A stretch of 64,000 nt of DNA from Yuukianura sp. NJ FZ-2021. Its lineage: Eukaryota. Shown one piece after another: positions 36,178 to 50,373 of this stretch; position 1 is the stretch's first letter; each line of letters opens with the position of its first letter. The position numbers and the translations under genes were made by a program. The DNA lies in assembly GCA_046563655.1 (NCBI GenBank), contig CM102289.1:248001-312000 (forward strand), given 5' to 3'. The notes beneath the pieces are model-generated. The model saw only the letters and a list, made by a program, of their open reading frames with translations, searched no databases and had not been told where the DNA came from.

Positions 36178-38288
36178 ATGGATTTAATAACGTCCAAGAA
36201 TGTCCCACGTTCCACAACTGGTAATGACAATTCCAATTTTGAATGAATGTCTTTAAGTAAAGAGGTTTACATGATACGAATTACTAATTAAATTTTAATT
36301 AATTTTTTTGCTAAAGGGAGTCAACAGTCATCGAAACTTGGAGGGTACGTCGCAGGTCAGACAAGGAAAGGATCACGAACTCCAGATCAAAATAATGTCA
36401 GACCCGGAACTCTTCTTGGGAGGTGCTCTCATTTGGATACGTTCAAGAGGTCACCTCAGTTGACCTCTTACCTCAAAGTCCACTCCACTTTTGTTTTTCC
36501 TCAAACAGACAAGGAATACGAACTGAAGGGAATCTACGGAAGATGTGTCTCTTGTGATTCCGTTGTCGGAACTCATCTCTGTCTCAGATGTACTTTCATT
36601 GGATGTGTCAAGGGAGGGCACTTAAAGGAACACTTCGAAAGTACTGGACACGAACTAGGTACTTAACTCACTCCTTTCTAATCTAAACTACGTCTGATTG
36701 TCGATTGCCTTCCTTTTAGCCTCCAACTTGTCAAATGGATCCATCTACTGCTTCAACTGCTCAGACATCTTTGTTGATCGACTGTTCGCTCGTCCACCGA
36801 GGTCCAGGCAGTATGAATTGACTCCTAATCCGGTCACACCGGTCCACAGGAAGTCAAAGGCTGCAGCCATTTACCGTCGTACGTTTAGCAAAACGTCTGT
36901 GACCTCTCCACAGTCTATTCTTGGTCTACGAGGACTCATCAACCTGGGCCACACTTGTTTCATGAGCTCCATCGTCCAGGCACTCATTCACACACCTATT
37001 CTACGTAACTTCTTCTTATCAAGTGAAATCAACTGCTCAGAAAAACATGACATCGGGAAGAGGAAACCCTGCATTGTCAGTTTGGTTGCGGATCTATACC
37101 AAGAGGTTTGTAAAGTATACTGAAAATGAGGCCACAGTTCTCTCCTTTCTCATTAGCTCATTAATCTCATTAATCATGTGAAACTAATCCTGTTTTTGGT
37201 AACAGTTTTACAGTGGAAAGAAGACGGCGATGAGTTTACATGATTTGCTGTTCAAGATTTGGGCCAATGCTTCTCATTTGGCTGGTTACGAGCAACAAGA
37301 TGCCCATGAATTCTTCATCGCCATGCTAGATGCTCTTCATCTGCACTTCCATGCTCCTGATCTCAGAGGAATCTGTAACTGTGTCATCGATCTCATCTTC
37401 CTCGGCAAACTGGAATCAGCTGTTACTTGCATCAGTTGTGGGTAAGATTCTCCTATAAACAGCAGCCCTACAGCATTGAATTGAAATTGATTCAGTTAAA
37501 ACGTTTTTTTTTCGTTCTATGTAACCAGTCACAAGTCCATCACTGTTGATCCATTCTGGGATACTTCACTTGACTTAATGACAGATGACCCCGGAGTAAC
37601 ATTGACCCTGAGTGATTGCCTCACTCGCTACACGAGAGTGGAGCACTTGGGCTCCACTGCAAAGATTTGGTGTACAAAATGCAACAGCAACCAGGAATCA
37701 ACGAAACAACTCAAGTTCAAATCCCTTCCGATGGTTCTCTGTCTCCACCTCAAGGTAATTTATTACTAATTACTTTTGTAATTACTTTCAGTTCCAGTTT
37801 ACTAACAAAGTATTTTTTGTTTTGCAGCGGTTTGAGCACAGGACGAGCTATAAGAAGATTGACACGAGAGTGGAATTTCCCGAGCATCTGTCAATGTATG
37901 ACTACACTTCGGACTCTGCCATCCAGGAGCAACCAGGCTCCAACCTCCGATCCAGTGTCAACAGACTAAGTGCCAAGTAAGTACTTTTTTTTTTTACAAG
38001 TTTTTCAAGTTTACAAGGTTCAAGTTTTTAAGTTTTGAGATTGAATTTCTTACAATTTGATCTTTCGCTTTTTGTGACAGATATGTGCTGTATGCAGTGG
38101 TAAACCACGTGGGTTCGCTGGAAGGCGGTCACTATTTTACTTACATCCTGCACGCAGGGGGGACTTGGTACAAATGTGATGACCACTGGGTTACCATCGT
38201 CCATCAGTCAGAAGTACTCGCCAGTCCAGGATACTTGCTCTTCTACCACAAACAACTCATCTCAAAACCCAATTCCATCTTACAGTAA
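36178..38288 (+). CDS. USP22: Ubiquitin carboxyl-terminal hydrolase 22 / nonstop-like
   Basis: ZnF-UBP (CSHL..., [14 protein letters not shown]), Cys box [22 protein letters not shown], His box [19 protein letters not shown]. Start exon uncertain (ATG 36178 or 36247). Confidence 0.88.
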
Positions 38289-38811
38289 ACCAATTGACTA
38301 ATTCACAGTAATCTATTAACGATTAGGGTAGTTAAAAGTCAAGTTCTTAGGCTCATTCAGTTGAACACTCCCTTTCAAAGGCAGTGACGCAGAGTTAAGG
38401 GACTCTTTTTATGACAAAAAATCAAAACAAGTTTGTTCATTTTTTTTTCAACTTTCTAAATAATTGGTCGATGACGAAGTCACTTTTGATTTTTAGAGTA
38501 TCTTATAATTAAATCTGTAAAAACGAGATCATCACACCATCATCATCATCCCTTCCAAATCATAATTGTTGATGTTATAGAAATTAAGTTGCTTTTTCCT
38601 AGAATATTGACATTGACACGGAAAAGTGCCAAAATGTGGTTCACTTTCGTCCTACCCTAACTTTTCACTCTTGTCGTTATTGGCATCTTGACAAAAATTT
38701 ATAAAAAATCTGACAACTTTGGATTTACAATTTTACATTTTAAACTGAGGAACTCGCCATTAACCGTTTCACTTTTTGTCAGTTGACACTGACCTAAGCT
38801 TATTTCAAGTC

Positions 38812-39829
38812 ATGCGCAGTTTTAATCTTTTTAGTCTCTTGATTCTGTGTAGTTTGGGTGTGAAACATGGCCAACTTTCTAGAAACGTCAGTTCTACGCA
38901 TGTGCAGAAAGGCAGTTGGCGCATAACCAAACGTCTTCTTTGGATGAACAAAAAACGAAAGTTTGTGCTTCCAACCGGCACAATTTTGACACTGCAACCC
39001 AAGATTACTTTGCCAGTTTTTAGAAACAAACCGTTCAACGGTGGACTCAATTCGGACATTCAAGCTACGTGGTACTTTTACAGTAAGTAAATTATAGAAT
39101 ATATTATATATAATTAATTAAATAAAATGTGTTTTATGTTGGCAGTGTACTTTGACAAACTCGGAATGACCTCGGATGACCACATTTTCCCACTTCGGAT
39201 GCCTCCATTCTACCCCTTCGGTGACCTCATGACACGGAAAGACGATGAAGAAGAAACAAATAGCAGCGCAGACGATGAAGATCAAACAAATAACGTTGAA
39301 GAAGCGAAACACAACGTTGAAGAAATGTTCGGGAATTTTTCAAATTCAAATATTGGCGGGATTCCGACGTTTTCAAGACGAAGGAGGTCTGTGATGTCAC
39401 TTCCACCACCGGAAAACTTGCACGGAGGAGAGCGTGCCGTGATGCTGCCAAGTATCGAAAGACTACTGGCCTCCGTGGGATTTGAAGGGAAGGGGTGCCT
39501 TCTAAGGGCCATTTGCGAAGTACACGAATTCCCGCTAGACAGAGGGTACGGATTCTTCGGAGAAATTGTTACTCTATTTTTCAGGTAAGAGCATAAGCCT
39601 TAAAACGAATCGGGTTTACCCGATTAACACCTATAACTTAACATTCATCCAACTTTTAGTTAACTTTCGTTTTTCCCTTTACTTTAACAGTATTAGCAAG
39701 TCCCGGTATGCCAGGTCCCACATGCCGGAGTACTTGAAGGCAGAAGAAACTGGAAAAACTGGCGACTGCTCACCCTATCACAAGGCATGCACAAAATCTA
39801 TTTTTCATTACGTTGCAGACACATCATAG
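38812..39829 (+). CDS. Secreted DM4/DM12-family protein
   Basis: Signal peptide, KRKFVLPTG, RRRRS site, HGGERA...GFEGKGCLLRAICEVHE...GEIVTLFF, EYLKAE...GDCSPYHKAC; 3 exons. Confidence 0.85.
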
Positions 39830-40007
39830 CGACAGACAGACAATGTGGATTCATAGAGTAGCTTTCGGTGCTTAATCTTTACTTAAATTCGGAACTCCTG
39901 CAGTATTTATTAAACCGCAGTTTTTGATTAAGTAACACCAGTTTTAAATGCTCAGTGTTGTAAAACCGGAGTGTTTTAAGACCTCGATGTTTTAGAATCT
40001 GAGTGTT

Positions 40008-41727
40008 TTATCTGCCGAGGGCCTTGTTGACGGAATTTTTAGCGTTGACAAGCCCATAACCGAACTGATTGTTGGGATATTTGGAACCATCCAAGAAGCA
40101 AGTGATGAGTGGGGACTTGAGTCCTTCAGTGGTACATCCTTCAACGAGCCCCTTCCTCACTTGTTCCACAGTGATACTCTTCCTGGCCGCCCGCATGAGA
40201 CCTGCCACTGCAGCCACATGCGGTCCAGACATACTTGTGCCAGAGATCGTCTTGTAGGCAGTATCCGAAGTGTACCAGGCAGAGTAGACGTTGGTTCCAG
40301 GGCCAGATAGGTCAGGTTTAATCCATTTCGTGAACCCTTGGCACACAGGTCCCTTGCTACTGAAACTGGACAGGCGATTGTCTTCCTGGATTGACCCAAT
40401 TCCAATTGCCTCTTGTAAGTATGCGGGTGAGCCAGTCGTATAACACAGTGGACCACTGTTCCCGTTACTGAAAATCGGAACGATTCCGGCCGCAATCCAC
40501 GATCTTATCATTTCAAGGTACGTCGGTGTTTGTGCACTTCCTAAAACACCAAGCATTGCATCAAATTATAACTTTTCAGGGTTAAAATTAGGCTAATCAG
40601 CTGATTATTCATTATAATCACCTTAGTAACCAAGATTAATCAGGCAGGTTTAGCAACTTATAGATAGTTAATTGAAGACATACCTCCCCAGCTGTTGTTG
40701 GCCACATCCGGAGTTTTGGTGCAGTCAGGGTTGTTTCCCTTGGAATCCGTTGGGCAGATGATCCACTCTCCGCACCGTTTCAAATGTCGTTCTGCACACG
40801 AGTTGTCTGCGCATCCTTTGCAGGCAATCCATTTCAGCCCAGGGGCAACTCCAATTCCATTGCTTCCCACCATTGTACCTGAATAACATATAATTTTACG
40901 TCTAAAATGCACGGTAAAGTGTACAAACAAAAATGAAACAAATCGGTACGATACAGACGAAACGGTACGATACCGGAACATCCAACCACTTACCCATTGT
41001 GTGTGACCTGTAATAAAATAAATAAAATAATAAATAAACTAGAAGAAGAGATACAAATACTAAAATGAAACATTTGAGCTGACCCGTGACCGTTGTTGTC
41101 GTTCGGTAGATCCGAACCGGCACTCGGATCGAACCATGCATTTCCTCCGAGATAGCTGGCTCTCAAAGCCTCGTGAGTCCACCTCACTCCAGTGTCAATT
41201 CCAGCGATAATCGCTCCAGCTCCATTCGTTCCGCCCGGCATCGTCCAAGCATCATAAGCTTGGATCTTCCTCACTCCCCAAGTATAGTTGACACCATTGC
41301 CCTGCTTTTCCATTGGTTCATCCACTACTTCCTCCGACATGTCGTCATTGAACGTCGCAAACGTTTCATCAGCGATTCCAGCGATTAGGCTCCCGAACAG
41401 AGTCTGGACGCTGTTCAAAACGCCACTCGAAACGCCACTCACGAAAATCTCATTTGTCCCCCAAAAACTCTCGAATTTGATTCCAGTAAAGACGGATTGG
41501 GTGTTCAGAAAATTCAAAATGGGGGACTGCGATTTCGCAGCGTTGTTAATCAGCGCTTCACGCACCGCGGCGGCGCGTTCTCCTCGAGTGTTAAAGGACC
41601 GTGACTTGATGGAATTGAGGACAGAGTCTACTCCGCCGTTCATTCGGATAAAAACGTTACGCCCCTGACCATTACCAAAGTCTACTAGGACGACTAAAAG
41701 TACAGCGAAGAATTTCAAAAATTCCAT
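40008..41727 (-). CDS. Secreted subtilase (S8), bacillopeptidase F-like
   Basis: Signal peptide and propeptide; catalytic triad IDTG, NGHG/SHTMG, GTSMSGPHVA; oxyanion SNGNSG; WIACKGC and IKPDLSGPG; 14-nt microexon 41007-40994. Confidence 0.9.
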
Positions 41728-42425
41728 TTTCAAAATTTTAAAACTTCAGACAAAAAACTCAGAGAGGATGTAAAGGCTAACTTTGAAAAAAACCGTATTT
41801 ATAGTCACCAGCACACAGACGCTTCCGTCAAGTTCAATGCTGACGCTGGTAGTAAAACTATTGTCAACTTTTTAAAAATTTCCTTTTTTTGTGACACAAA
41901 AATTGAAATTTCACAGCGTCATAAGTTGATTAATTGAATTTCTGTTTTGAAAATGAACACTGAAAAACAGTCCACATTTGCGGTCAACACATAAATTTTG
42001 GCAACCGGTACCGGATCCATTCAGGTTTCGAAAAAGAGGAACAAATCAATTAATCATATGAAGGTTAAATAACAACGTAAGGAAAACCGTAAGCTACCAA
42101 TTGCGTCAACCGAAACTTTAAATTTTGAAATTTCAAAACTCAAAAAAACGAATTTTAATTGCTCAGGAGTTTGGATTAAAAATCACAAGCTTCAATTTTC
42201 TAACTCCGTTTCTCACTCATGAAAAGTCTTAAGGGTCGCAGACGTTCTGAAACTGGAGGACTAGAATTTGCATGATGCTGAAAATAGCGTGTGGCTTTTA
42301 GCTGATCCAATAAGTTATTACAACTAAACTTAATTATAATTAAAGTAAAATAATTAAGTTACTTAACTGAAATTAAGAAGAATTGAGTGGACACTGGTCA
42401 GTGGAAGCTAGAGTAGAGTGGAGTG

Positions 42426-45399
42426 TCAGTTGTCGTAGACTGGAAGTGGATGAGCCTCGGTGTTAAAGACGACTGAGGTCAAGTCGAAGATTGGTTTGTC
42501 ACTGAAGAGGAGGTAGAAGTACTTGAGTGTTTCTGCGAGGAAGAATGACTCCATCATGTCACGAGGTTGCGTGTCAAGGGGGTTGAGGACAGAGTTGATG
42601 GATGTGAATCCATAGGGTGTTCGCGTGTACTTCATGAAGGCTCCAAAGATTTCCCAGCCCCAATCTTGGTACATTTTGTCTCCAGTGATTTGGTGCAAGT
42701 ACCAAAGACTCTCCACTGTCTCTGGTCTTAGGAGATTGTGGGCGTCGTTAGGCTTCACGTAAAAATCTTCGTTTTTGTCATCCTGAAAAAAAAACAAAAG
42801 AAAATCAATCTTGGTGCCCGGAAAAATCAGCTAATCCTCAAATTTCACAGATCAGCTGATTCACAGATATTCACATATCAGATGATTCACATAAGCTGAA
42901 AAAAAAAATGAAAATAAGAACATTAGTTGAAAATCTTACGCCTATTGTGAAGTAAGTGATTTCTGGAGCGAGTCCAGTGGGTTGTCGGGTGTAAGTTAGA
43001 TAGCATGTATGAAGCAGTGCCTTGGCCAGGTCAAGGTGCCACTCAGGTAAACCGTGGGAGTAGCCCAGAGCAAGGGTTCCGGGTAAGTAGCAAACCAGAT
43101 GATCCTAAAATGATTCCAGTTTTGATATATTATATTTATATTTAAATTAACTGAACTATAGAAAAAGGAAGTGATTATCAGCTGACCATTTTAGGGCGAA
43201 ATGTCTGTCCATTGTTTTCCAGTTCTCCCAAGTAAGTGAGGTTGGACAGAGGAGTTCTTCTAAGCATTTGACTCCGCATGCCCTCCACAGCTTCCAAGTA
43301 ATCCTCCTTCAGACTGGCCAAATCGACACAAAATTGAGTAAAAGTGAAACGTTATGGTTAAAAAGTTGGTGATAACTTACAAATCGATTGTCTTCCCAGT
43401 TTGAATCCACTGTTTGAGGAGATACTCATAGTAAGAATCTCCACGAGCACCAAGAGTAACCACCGATGACAGGCGCAGATTTCCTAAAATCCATGTCAAA
43501 CGTTTTACATTTTTTTCAACCTTTAAAAAAAATATTTTTTGACTAATGACTTCGAAATCTTACCATCTTTTGGAGAAATGTGGATAGGGACGAGGCCGTG
43601 TCTCTTACGTTGACCATGTATGATTTTGGAAACATTCATGGCAGCATTCTGGAAAAAAAAAGAACAAAAAAATATCACAATGTTTTCTTTGAACATCATT
43701 AAAACTCGGATGCTGGAAGCATCACATACTGGAAGTAGCACAAGCTGAGTTGTTACCTCGAATGCTGGATTTCCAGTTTGACGAGAGAGGTCACGAAATT
43801 CCAGTTGGATTGTGGCCACTTCTGAGGTCGTGCTGTCTGGATTCCAATTGGGGCCTTGAGCCAGTTTCGTTCTTAAGTTCACATCGGAGTATGGAACTCC
43901 AGATCTATAATTAAAAAAAAACAATGTTGATTAGTACTTGCTTAAAAATCGGAGTTAATTAAGTACGAATGTTGCTTTACGGTGATTTGAATGCAACGAA
44001 CAGGAGACCTCCTAGTTCATCTGCCTTGTCTAGAAACATTTTGTCGCCGGACAAGTGAAAGGCACTTAGAAGTCCACCCACTACGCGAATCGTCGTCTCA
44101 AACAAGTTCACATTCTTCGTACTATGAAAAGTCAGCTGATCGTCTACCCAGTCACGAGCCTCGTAGAATTCTGGAAAAAAGTCAAACTAAGTTTAGTTGA
44201 AATCGATTACTAATCGTAGTTTAATGGTACCTTTGTTTAGTCCCATGATGAGCATGGTGTCCAGTGAGTCAACCAAGGTCAGCCCAAGGCCAAACCAGTT
44301 GTGCCTCTGAGCAGAAACTGACTTCAGATGGTCACTTCCCATGGAGTAGTTGCGATATCCGCCCCAAGCATGCAAGAATGCTTCCACCACCGCTTTTTGT
44401 CTCGCGTTTTCAGGTCCTGTGTAAGTATCAAATTCATATTCGTTTTAAAAACGTTTTTTAAGAAACGATGTTAAAAATAGTTGACAATTGAAGGTAATCG
44501 TTACCTGAGAACTTCATATTCTTCATCAACGTTTTCATTTTTATCACAGGTGAGCTGGAGAGTCCAGTCTTGGCCTTGGACTTCTTCCTCAGAGGAACGA
44601 CTGGATCATGAGAAATCACACTCCTGATGTTCTCCTTCACTTGCTCATCGATTCGACTCTGGAAATGACAAAAATCATTAACTTCCATTAAAATAACTTT
44701 ATTAACTTAAGTTTTCATTAATTAACTTTTACCTTGAGATCAAGTGCTGCCTTAACAGTAGTGGAAGAAACAGTCGTTGTGGTTGTGGAACTTGAAGTGA
44801 CCTTGACTTCAGGCTTATCGTCAAACTGATCCAGATCTTCCTCTTTCTTAGAATCGATGAAGTTGTCCACTGGCTCTTCGTCACCACCTAATTGATTATC
44901 CTTGGCTAAGGGTAACCCGTCCCAGGGAGCCTTAAGGGCCGGAGGTCCCTTGTCCATGTCCACTGGAACTGGATCATGATGGGCCAGAATCTGCGGCTCC
45001 TCTTGCTGAACCACATGATTACTATTCCGATCATCTGTTGGTGCACTACTGGATTGAATTACTTTGTTCTGCTGGAGTTTGGATTGTTGAAGGAAGTAGT
45101 CTGGTAAACTTCTGTTCGAACTTTGTTCAGGCATCCACGAAAAGGATGTTAGTATCACAACAAAAATTATTAGAACCATGATAATCATGAAGAGAATACT
45201 TTTCTGTGGCCGTGAAAGTCGGACCATACACTGCAAACACATAAATCATAAATCCTTGATTACTTCCTTTTAAAGTTCGATTACTCTTTGCATATTGGTA
45301 ACTCACTCTTCGTAGTAATCTGATCCTTGACTTGATTAAGGAAGTCGATGGATGACCCGTGTACTCCGGTACGTAAACTGCTGTGTAACTGTCCTCCAT
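42426..45399 (-). CDS. MAN1B1: ER mannosyl-oligosaccharide 1,2-alpha-mannosidase (GH47)
   Basis: Type II TM ([16 protein letters not shown]), stem region, [49 protein letters not shown]; many exons. Confidence 0.92.
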
Positions 45400-46451
45400 G
45401 TTCACAAATTGCGAATCGTAATTAAAACGTTAAATCAAACTTTTTAAGGAATTTCTCCTCCTGTTCCGGTGGAAGGTGGAGTTAGACGGTCGAATTCTGC
45501 AATGATACTCTGCTCCTTCCAACCATTATTCGGCGACCTTTGACCTGAAACATTAGAGAAAGTTATCGTATGATCAATGACTTAAAAATGGATTGAATTA
45601 ATCGATTGATGTTTACTTACTTTAGCAAGTTGAGTTAAAAGGAAGCCTAGTCAGTCACTACCGAACAAGAGCAAACCAACATACGAAACAGTTATGCAAT
45701 AACTGATTACGAGACAGATTTTTTGTTTTTTAATTTTTCAGTACTGCTTTCGCACATTTGTATTTGGGTTGAAGTAAGGCGGAATTACTCCCATTGGAAC
45801 CAAGCATTGTAATCATCCGCGTCATATTTGTAGCTACGCTCTAAGTGCAGCAAATGATTACACTATGAATACTTCAATTAGGTTTTCACAATTATTGTAA
45901 CTGCCAGATATGGTAGTTACAGAGTGGTTACAAAAATTGCAGTGATAACCATAATAGTGCAATTGGGGCAATGCTGTTTTACTTCAATCTACATTTGTCC
46001 CATGTGTGGGACACTAATCCTCAGAAACGGCAGATTTCTCAGTAACTTGCAAAATAAGTAGCGGAAGCTACTTTATAACCTTCTCTATGCCTGACAGTGT
46101 GTCTTTCGGTTTTTAATGTTAGCGGAATAATTTCAGAAGTTACCAATTTCAATCACGGTAGAACCATTCAACATTTCAATAAAAATTTCAACGGTGAAAC
46201 TAAAAAACATCAGTGTGTCTGTTCCGTTTAAAATTAAAACTTGCTGAAATTTTACATTTGAATCCGTAAAGGTCTGGACTTATTTTTCGAAAGAAATGCG
46301 GTTGTTTGTAATAAAAGTCAATTACAGGAAACTTCGGTTAAATTTTGACTCTTTTCTAGTTGATGCCAATTAAACCAATTACTTACTCGATATTTAAGGT
46401 GAGCACAACGCTCTGTCAATTTATAATTCACTTGTGGAACTTATAAGCAAA

Positions 46452-48146
46452 ATGGGAAAATTTGAGTTTGTCGTCATTTTGATTTTTGCATTAGGGCAAA
46501 ATGTTTTTGCCGAAGACTATTACAGCATTGAACTGGACGGAAAGTTTAGTCAAGACGGTGGACGGTACATCTCTGAAACTTTGATGGCGGCAAAAGCTGA
46601 ATTTAGGGAGCAAAAGAGAGAGGAGAGAGATGTGGAACCACGCCTTCTTCCTCCGATTACATTCATTGGCACGGTAACCCTCAGGACACCCAGATATGTC
46701 GCCGTAGTTGGGGTCAACTCGTCCTTTGAGTTTACGCAATTCTGGGTTGACCCTGACGAAAACGTCGAAAATGTCGACAGCAATCGGGTCAAAAGGGATT
46801 CGGAGCAAAAGGAATCGGCTCGACTCGGGTTTTACGGTCAATTTCAATTAGGCAAACGCAGGTCCGAAGTTCTCCGAGTCAAAATATACGTGGACGTTAC
46901 TCGCGAATCCGACAAATACATTCGGTAAATTTACTCAATTCTTTTCCGTAACCTTAGACTTTTATGTGATTTTGCGGTTCCAGTTCATAAGGGCTAAACC
47001 AAAAATGGGTACTGCAATAAGGGCTAATAAGAAGTAGCCCTTACTGAAGTGGCTCCTTATTTTTAGTCGTGTTTTAGTAGGTATTTTTTAGCCATTTTTG
47101 GAAAGCCCTTTTCGGTTTAGCCTTTATGAACTGCTGAGTAAATTTAACGTAAAATTTACTCGGCAAATTTACTAAAAATTTGTCTCCCGTAAAATTTTCA
47201 GACCGTAACTTTGCTTGGAAAGATTTTTTAACATTGCATAAATGCACTTAACAACATAATTTATCACTTGTAAATTTCATTTTAATTTAATTGATTATTA
47301 ATAATAACTATAATTAATTTTAATAATTATTATAATTAATTATTGATTTACTAATTTTTTGCACTATGTACATTTACGTACGCCGTAAATTTACCCGACA
47401 AAGTTTTGTTCAGAAGTGGCAATGATGTTTGCCACTTACTGTTGATTCAATTGCTGTTGATCTTTTTGAATTTCAGGCCCATTGACTCGTCAGAAATGGG
47501 CGACGTGAAAGACAAGCTGGAATTCGGATTCAAAGGGAAGCTGTCCGGCCCTTCTCGCAATGGAAAAGTAGAATCTGCATTGTTTGGCTTCAACGTAGGG
47601 GTCCAGTCCGAGGAAAAGGAGTCAACCAATCGGCTCAAACGACAATCCGATCAACAGATTTCGGATCAACAGGAGCAAGGACAATCCGATCAACTAAAAC
47701 CAGTTGTCAAAATCGATGGAGACTTTACCGTTGAGGAAGTGATGGGAAATGGAGGCAGGATGGTCACAGTTGACAAGGTCACGGGAGAAATTTCTTTTGA
47801 CACGACAATTCCCACTGAAAACACTTCGCCAAAAGACCTGTTTTACGCCAATGACGGAACACCTTCGTTCCAATATTACTTCGAAACTGCCGGGAATGTC
47901 ACGGGCAGTGTGGACGGAAAACCGGTTTTTGTCGAACCGCTTACCGTTTCGTTCCGGAACACGGTTGAGGAGGAACTTCGGCGGAAAAGAAACGCTGAAA
48001 AACCGGAGACGTTGGAACTGGAGTACGACGGCTACTTTTCCGGAGTATCCCGAACGAATCCGTCGGACAGAGATCGGTTCGGGATTTTGGCAAAACTCAA
48101 ACTCTGGGAAATCAGCACCGTTTATCACCCCAGAGACTACGAGTAG
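46452..48146 (+). CDS. Secreted multi-furin-site beta-hairpin protein, paralog 1 (2 exons)
   Basis: Signal MGKFEFVVILIFALGQNVFA; phase-2 intron 46925-47476; sites REER, RVKR, RLKR, RRKR. Confidence 0.85.
46981..47133. mobile_element. Small MITE-like inverted-repeat element in the intron of paralog 1
   Basis: cagttcataagggctaaaccaaaa ... ttttcggtttagcctttatgaactg; no clear TSD. Confidence 0.65.
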
Positions 48147-48593
48147 TCACATCCACGTGTGAAATTTGCTTTCAATTTAAAATCTTTGAAAGTTAAAATT
48201 TTTTGAAAATAAACTTTTTCGAATTCAAAATTTCTGATGTAATAAATAATTTTCAAGTGACATAAATTAAAGGGCTCAACCGTGTTCCAAATGTAGTATA
48301 ATATACTAATAGAATTTATTTCAGTAACGTGAGACTAAAAAAGTCGACGTTTTAAGAATTTTAAGGTTTAGTCGAAGTAGCTTTAATTAATATTTTACAT
48401 TTTAGGTGAAAACGCAATGTCTGGGTTTGTAAAGAAGTGTGGTTGCTTGTAATTCAAGTCAATTACAAAAAACTGCAGTTAATTCTTCAAATGTTTTCTA
48501 GTCAACGCCAATTGAACCAATTAACAATTCGATATTTAACGCGACCAAAATGCAGTTTCAATGTCTAAGTCACTTTTGGAGTTTGTAAGCAAA

Positions 48594-50011
48594 ATGGGAA
48601 AATTTGAGTTTGCCGTCATTTTGATTTTTGCCTTAAGGCAAAATGTTTTTGGCGAAGAATCGTACAGTATTGAGCTGGATGGAAAGTTTAGTCAAGACAG
48701 TGGGCCGTACATCACTGAAACTTTGATGGCCGCAAAAGCTGAAGTGAGAGAGCAAAAGCGAGATGTAGAACCACGCCCCCTTCCTCCCATTACATTCACT
48801 GGCACGGTCACTCTCAAGACTCCCGGATATGTCGCTGTAGTTGGGGTCAACTCAACGTTAGAATTTACGCCATTCTTGGTCCACACTGACGAAAACATCG
48901 ACAGCAATCGGGTCAAAAGGGATTCGGAGCAAAGGGGAACAGCTAGACTCGGATTTTACGCTCAATTTCAAATGAAAAAACGCAGTCCCGAAGTCGACAG
49001 AATCAAAATTTATTTGGACGTTACTCCAGAATCATACAACTTCATTCGGTAAATTTACTCACGAGGGAACATTCCCAAGCGGATGTCAAGTTTTTGGATT
49101 TTCAAAGGTCATATTCTGTATATGAACATTTTCTGCAGTAGTTTCCGTTGCCGGCGCCAAAAAAAGTATGCCCACCTGGGCTAATTTTTTTTTTGCGTTG
49201 GCAAACGAAAGTAATGCCGAAAATTTTCTTTCGACATGCAGAATATGACTGTATTTTTTAAGTTCAAAAACAGGGCATCTGGTTGGGAATGTTCCCTAGT
49301 CAGTTTTTTTTTTGTAAGGAATAAAAATACCTCATAAATGTGTTGTGCTAGTTAAATGCTAACGTAACTTTTGATCCAATTGTCGTTGACCTTTTTGCAT
49401 TTGCATTTAGACCCACCTCTGACGAACCCGTGACGCCCAGGATTGACTTTGGATTCAAAGGGAAGCTATCCGGTACTCTGCCCACTGGAGACGTCGAAAC
49501 GGCAATGTTTGGCGTTGATGTTGGTCTGGAAGAAAACCGGGTCAAACGGCAATCTGATCAACAGGTCATCAAGGTCGATGGAGAATTTAGGATGAATGAG
49601 TTGATGAGGTATGGGGGGAAAAGTGTTTCAGTTGACAAGGTCACGGGACAAATTTCTTTTGAAACAGCACCTTCCACTGACATCGCATCACCAAAAGTAC
49701 TGTTTTACGCCAATGACGGAAGGCCTGACTTCCAAAATTATTTTGAAACGGCCGGGAATGTGACGACCAAAATCGACGGGAGACCGATATTTGTAGAACC
49801 GCTTACCGTTTCGTTCCGAAACACGGTAGAGGAACTGCGGCGGAAAAGAAACGCTAAAGAACAGGAGTCATTTGAACTGGAGTACAACGGCAACTTGTCC
49901 ACGGTAACCTCAACGAATCCGAGGAACGGAGATCGGTTCGGAGTTTCGGCGAAACTCAAACTCTGGGAAATTAGCACCATTTATCTCCCCAGAGATTCCG
50001 ACGATGCCTAA
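48594..50011 (+). CDS. Secreted multi-furin-site beta-hairpin protein, paralog 2
   Basis: Phase-2 intron 49049-49410; sites EQKR, RVKR, RVKR, RRKR; closest to paralog 1. Confidence 0.85.
49064..49297. mobile_element. MITE-like inverted-repeat element in the intron of paralog 2
   Basis: agggaacattcccaagcggatg ... catctggttgggaatgttccct. Confidence 0.65.
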
Positions 50012-50373
50012 ATGTCACCAAAATTTCAATTTTTTGAAAAAGAAATTTTTATTAAATTCAAAATTTCTGATGCACCAAATTATTCTCAAGTGACATAAAT
50101 TAAAAGCCATCACCATGTTCAAAATTGTTTTTTTAATTAACATTGACATTGACAAATCCAGTTTCTGCGGTTTTTTTAAATGATGACTGATTTTTAAGTG
50201 GAAGTGCAAAGGTTCAAAACTTTTTGAAACGATTGATTGTCCAAATTGAGCTAATTGCAGGAAACTGTAATTAAAATGTTTACAGAATTTTAAATTTTTG
50301 GAATTAAGCAGATGAAGTGTTTTGCTATTTAGTGGGTGGCTTCCCTACTGCTATCAGTCATTCCTTGACAACC

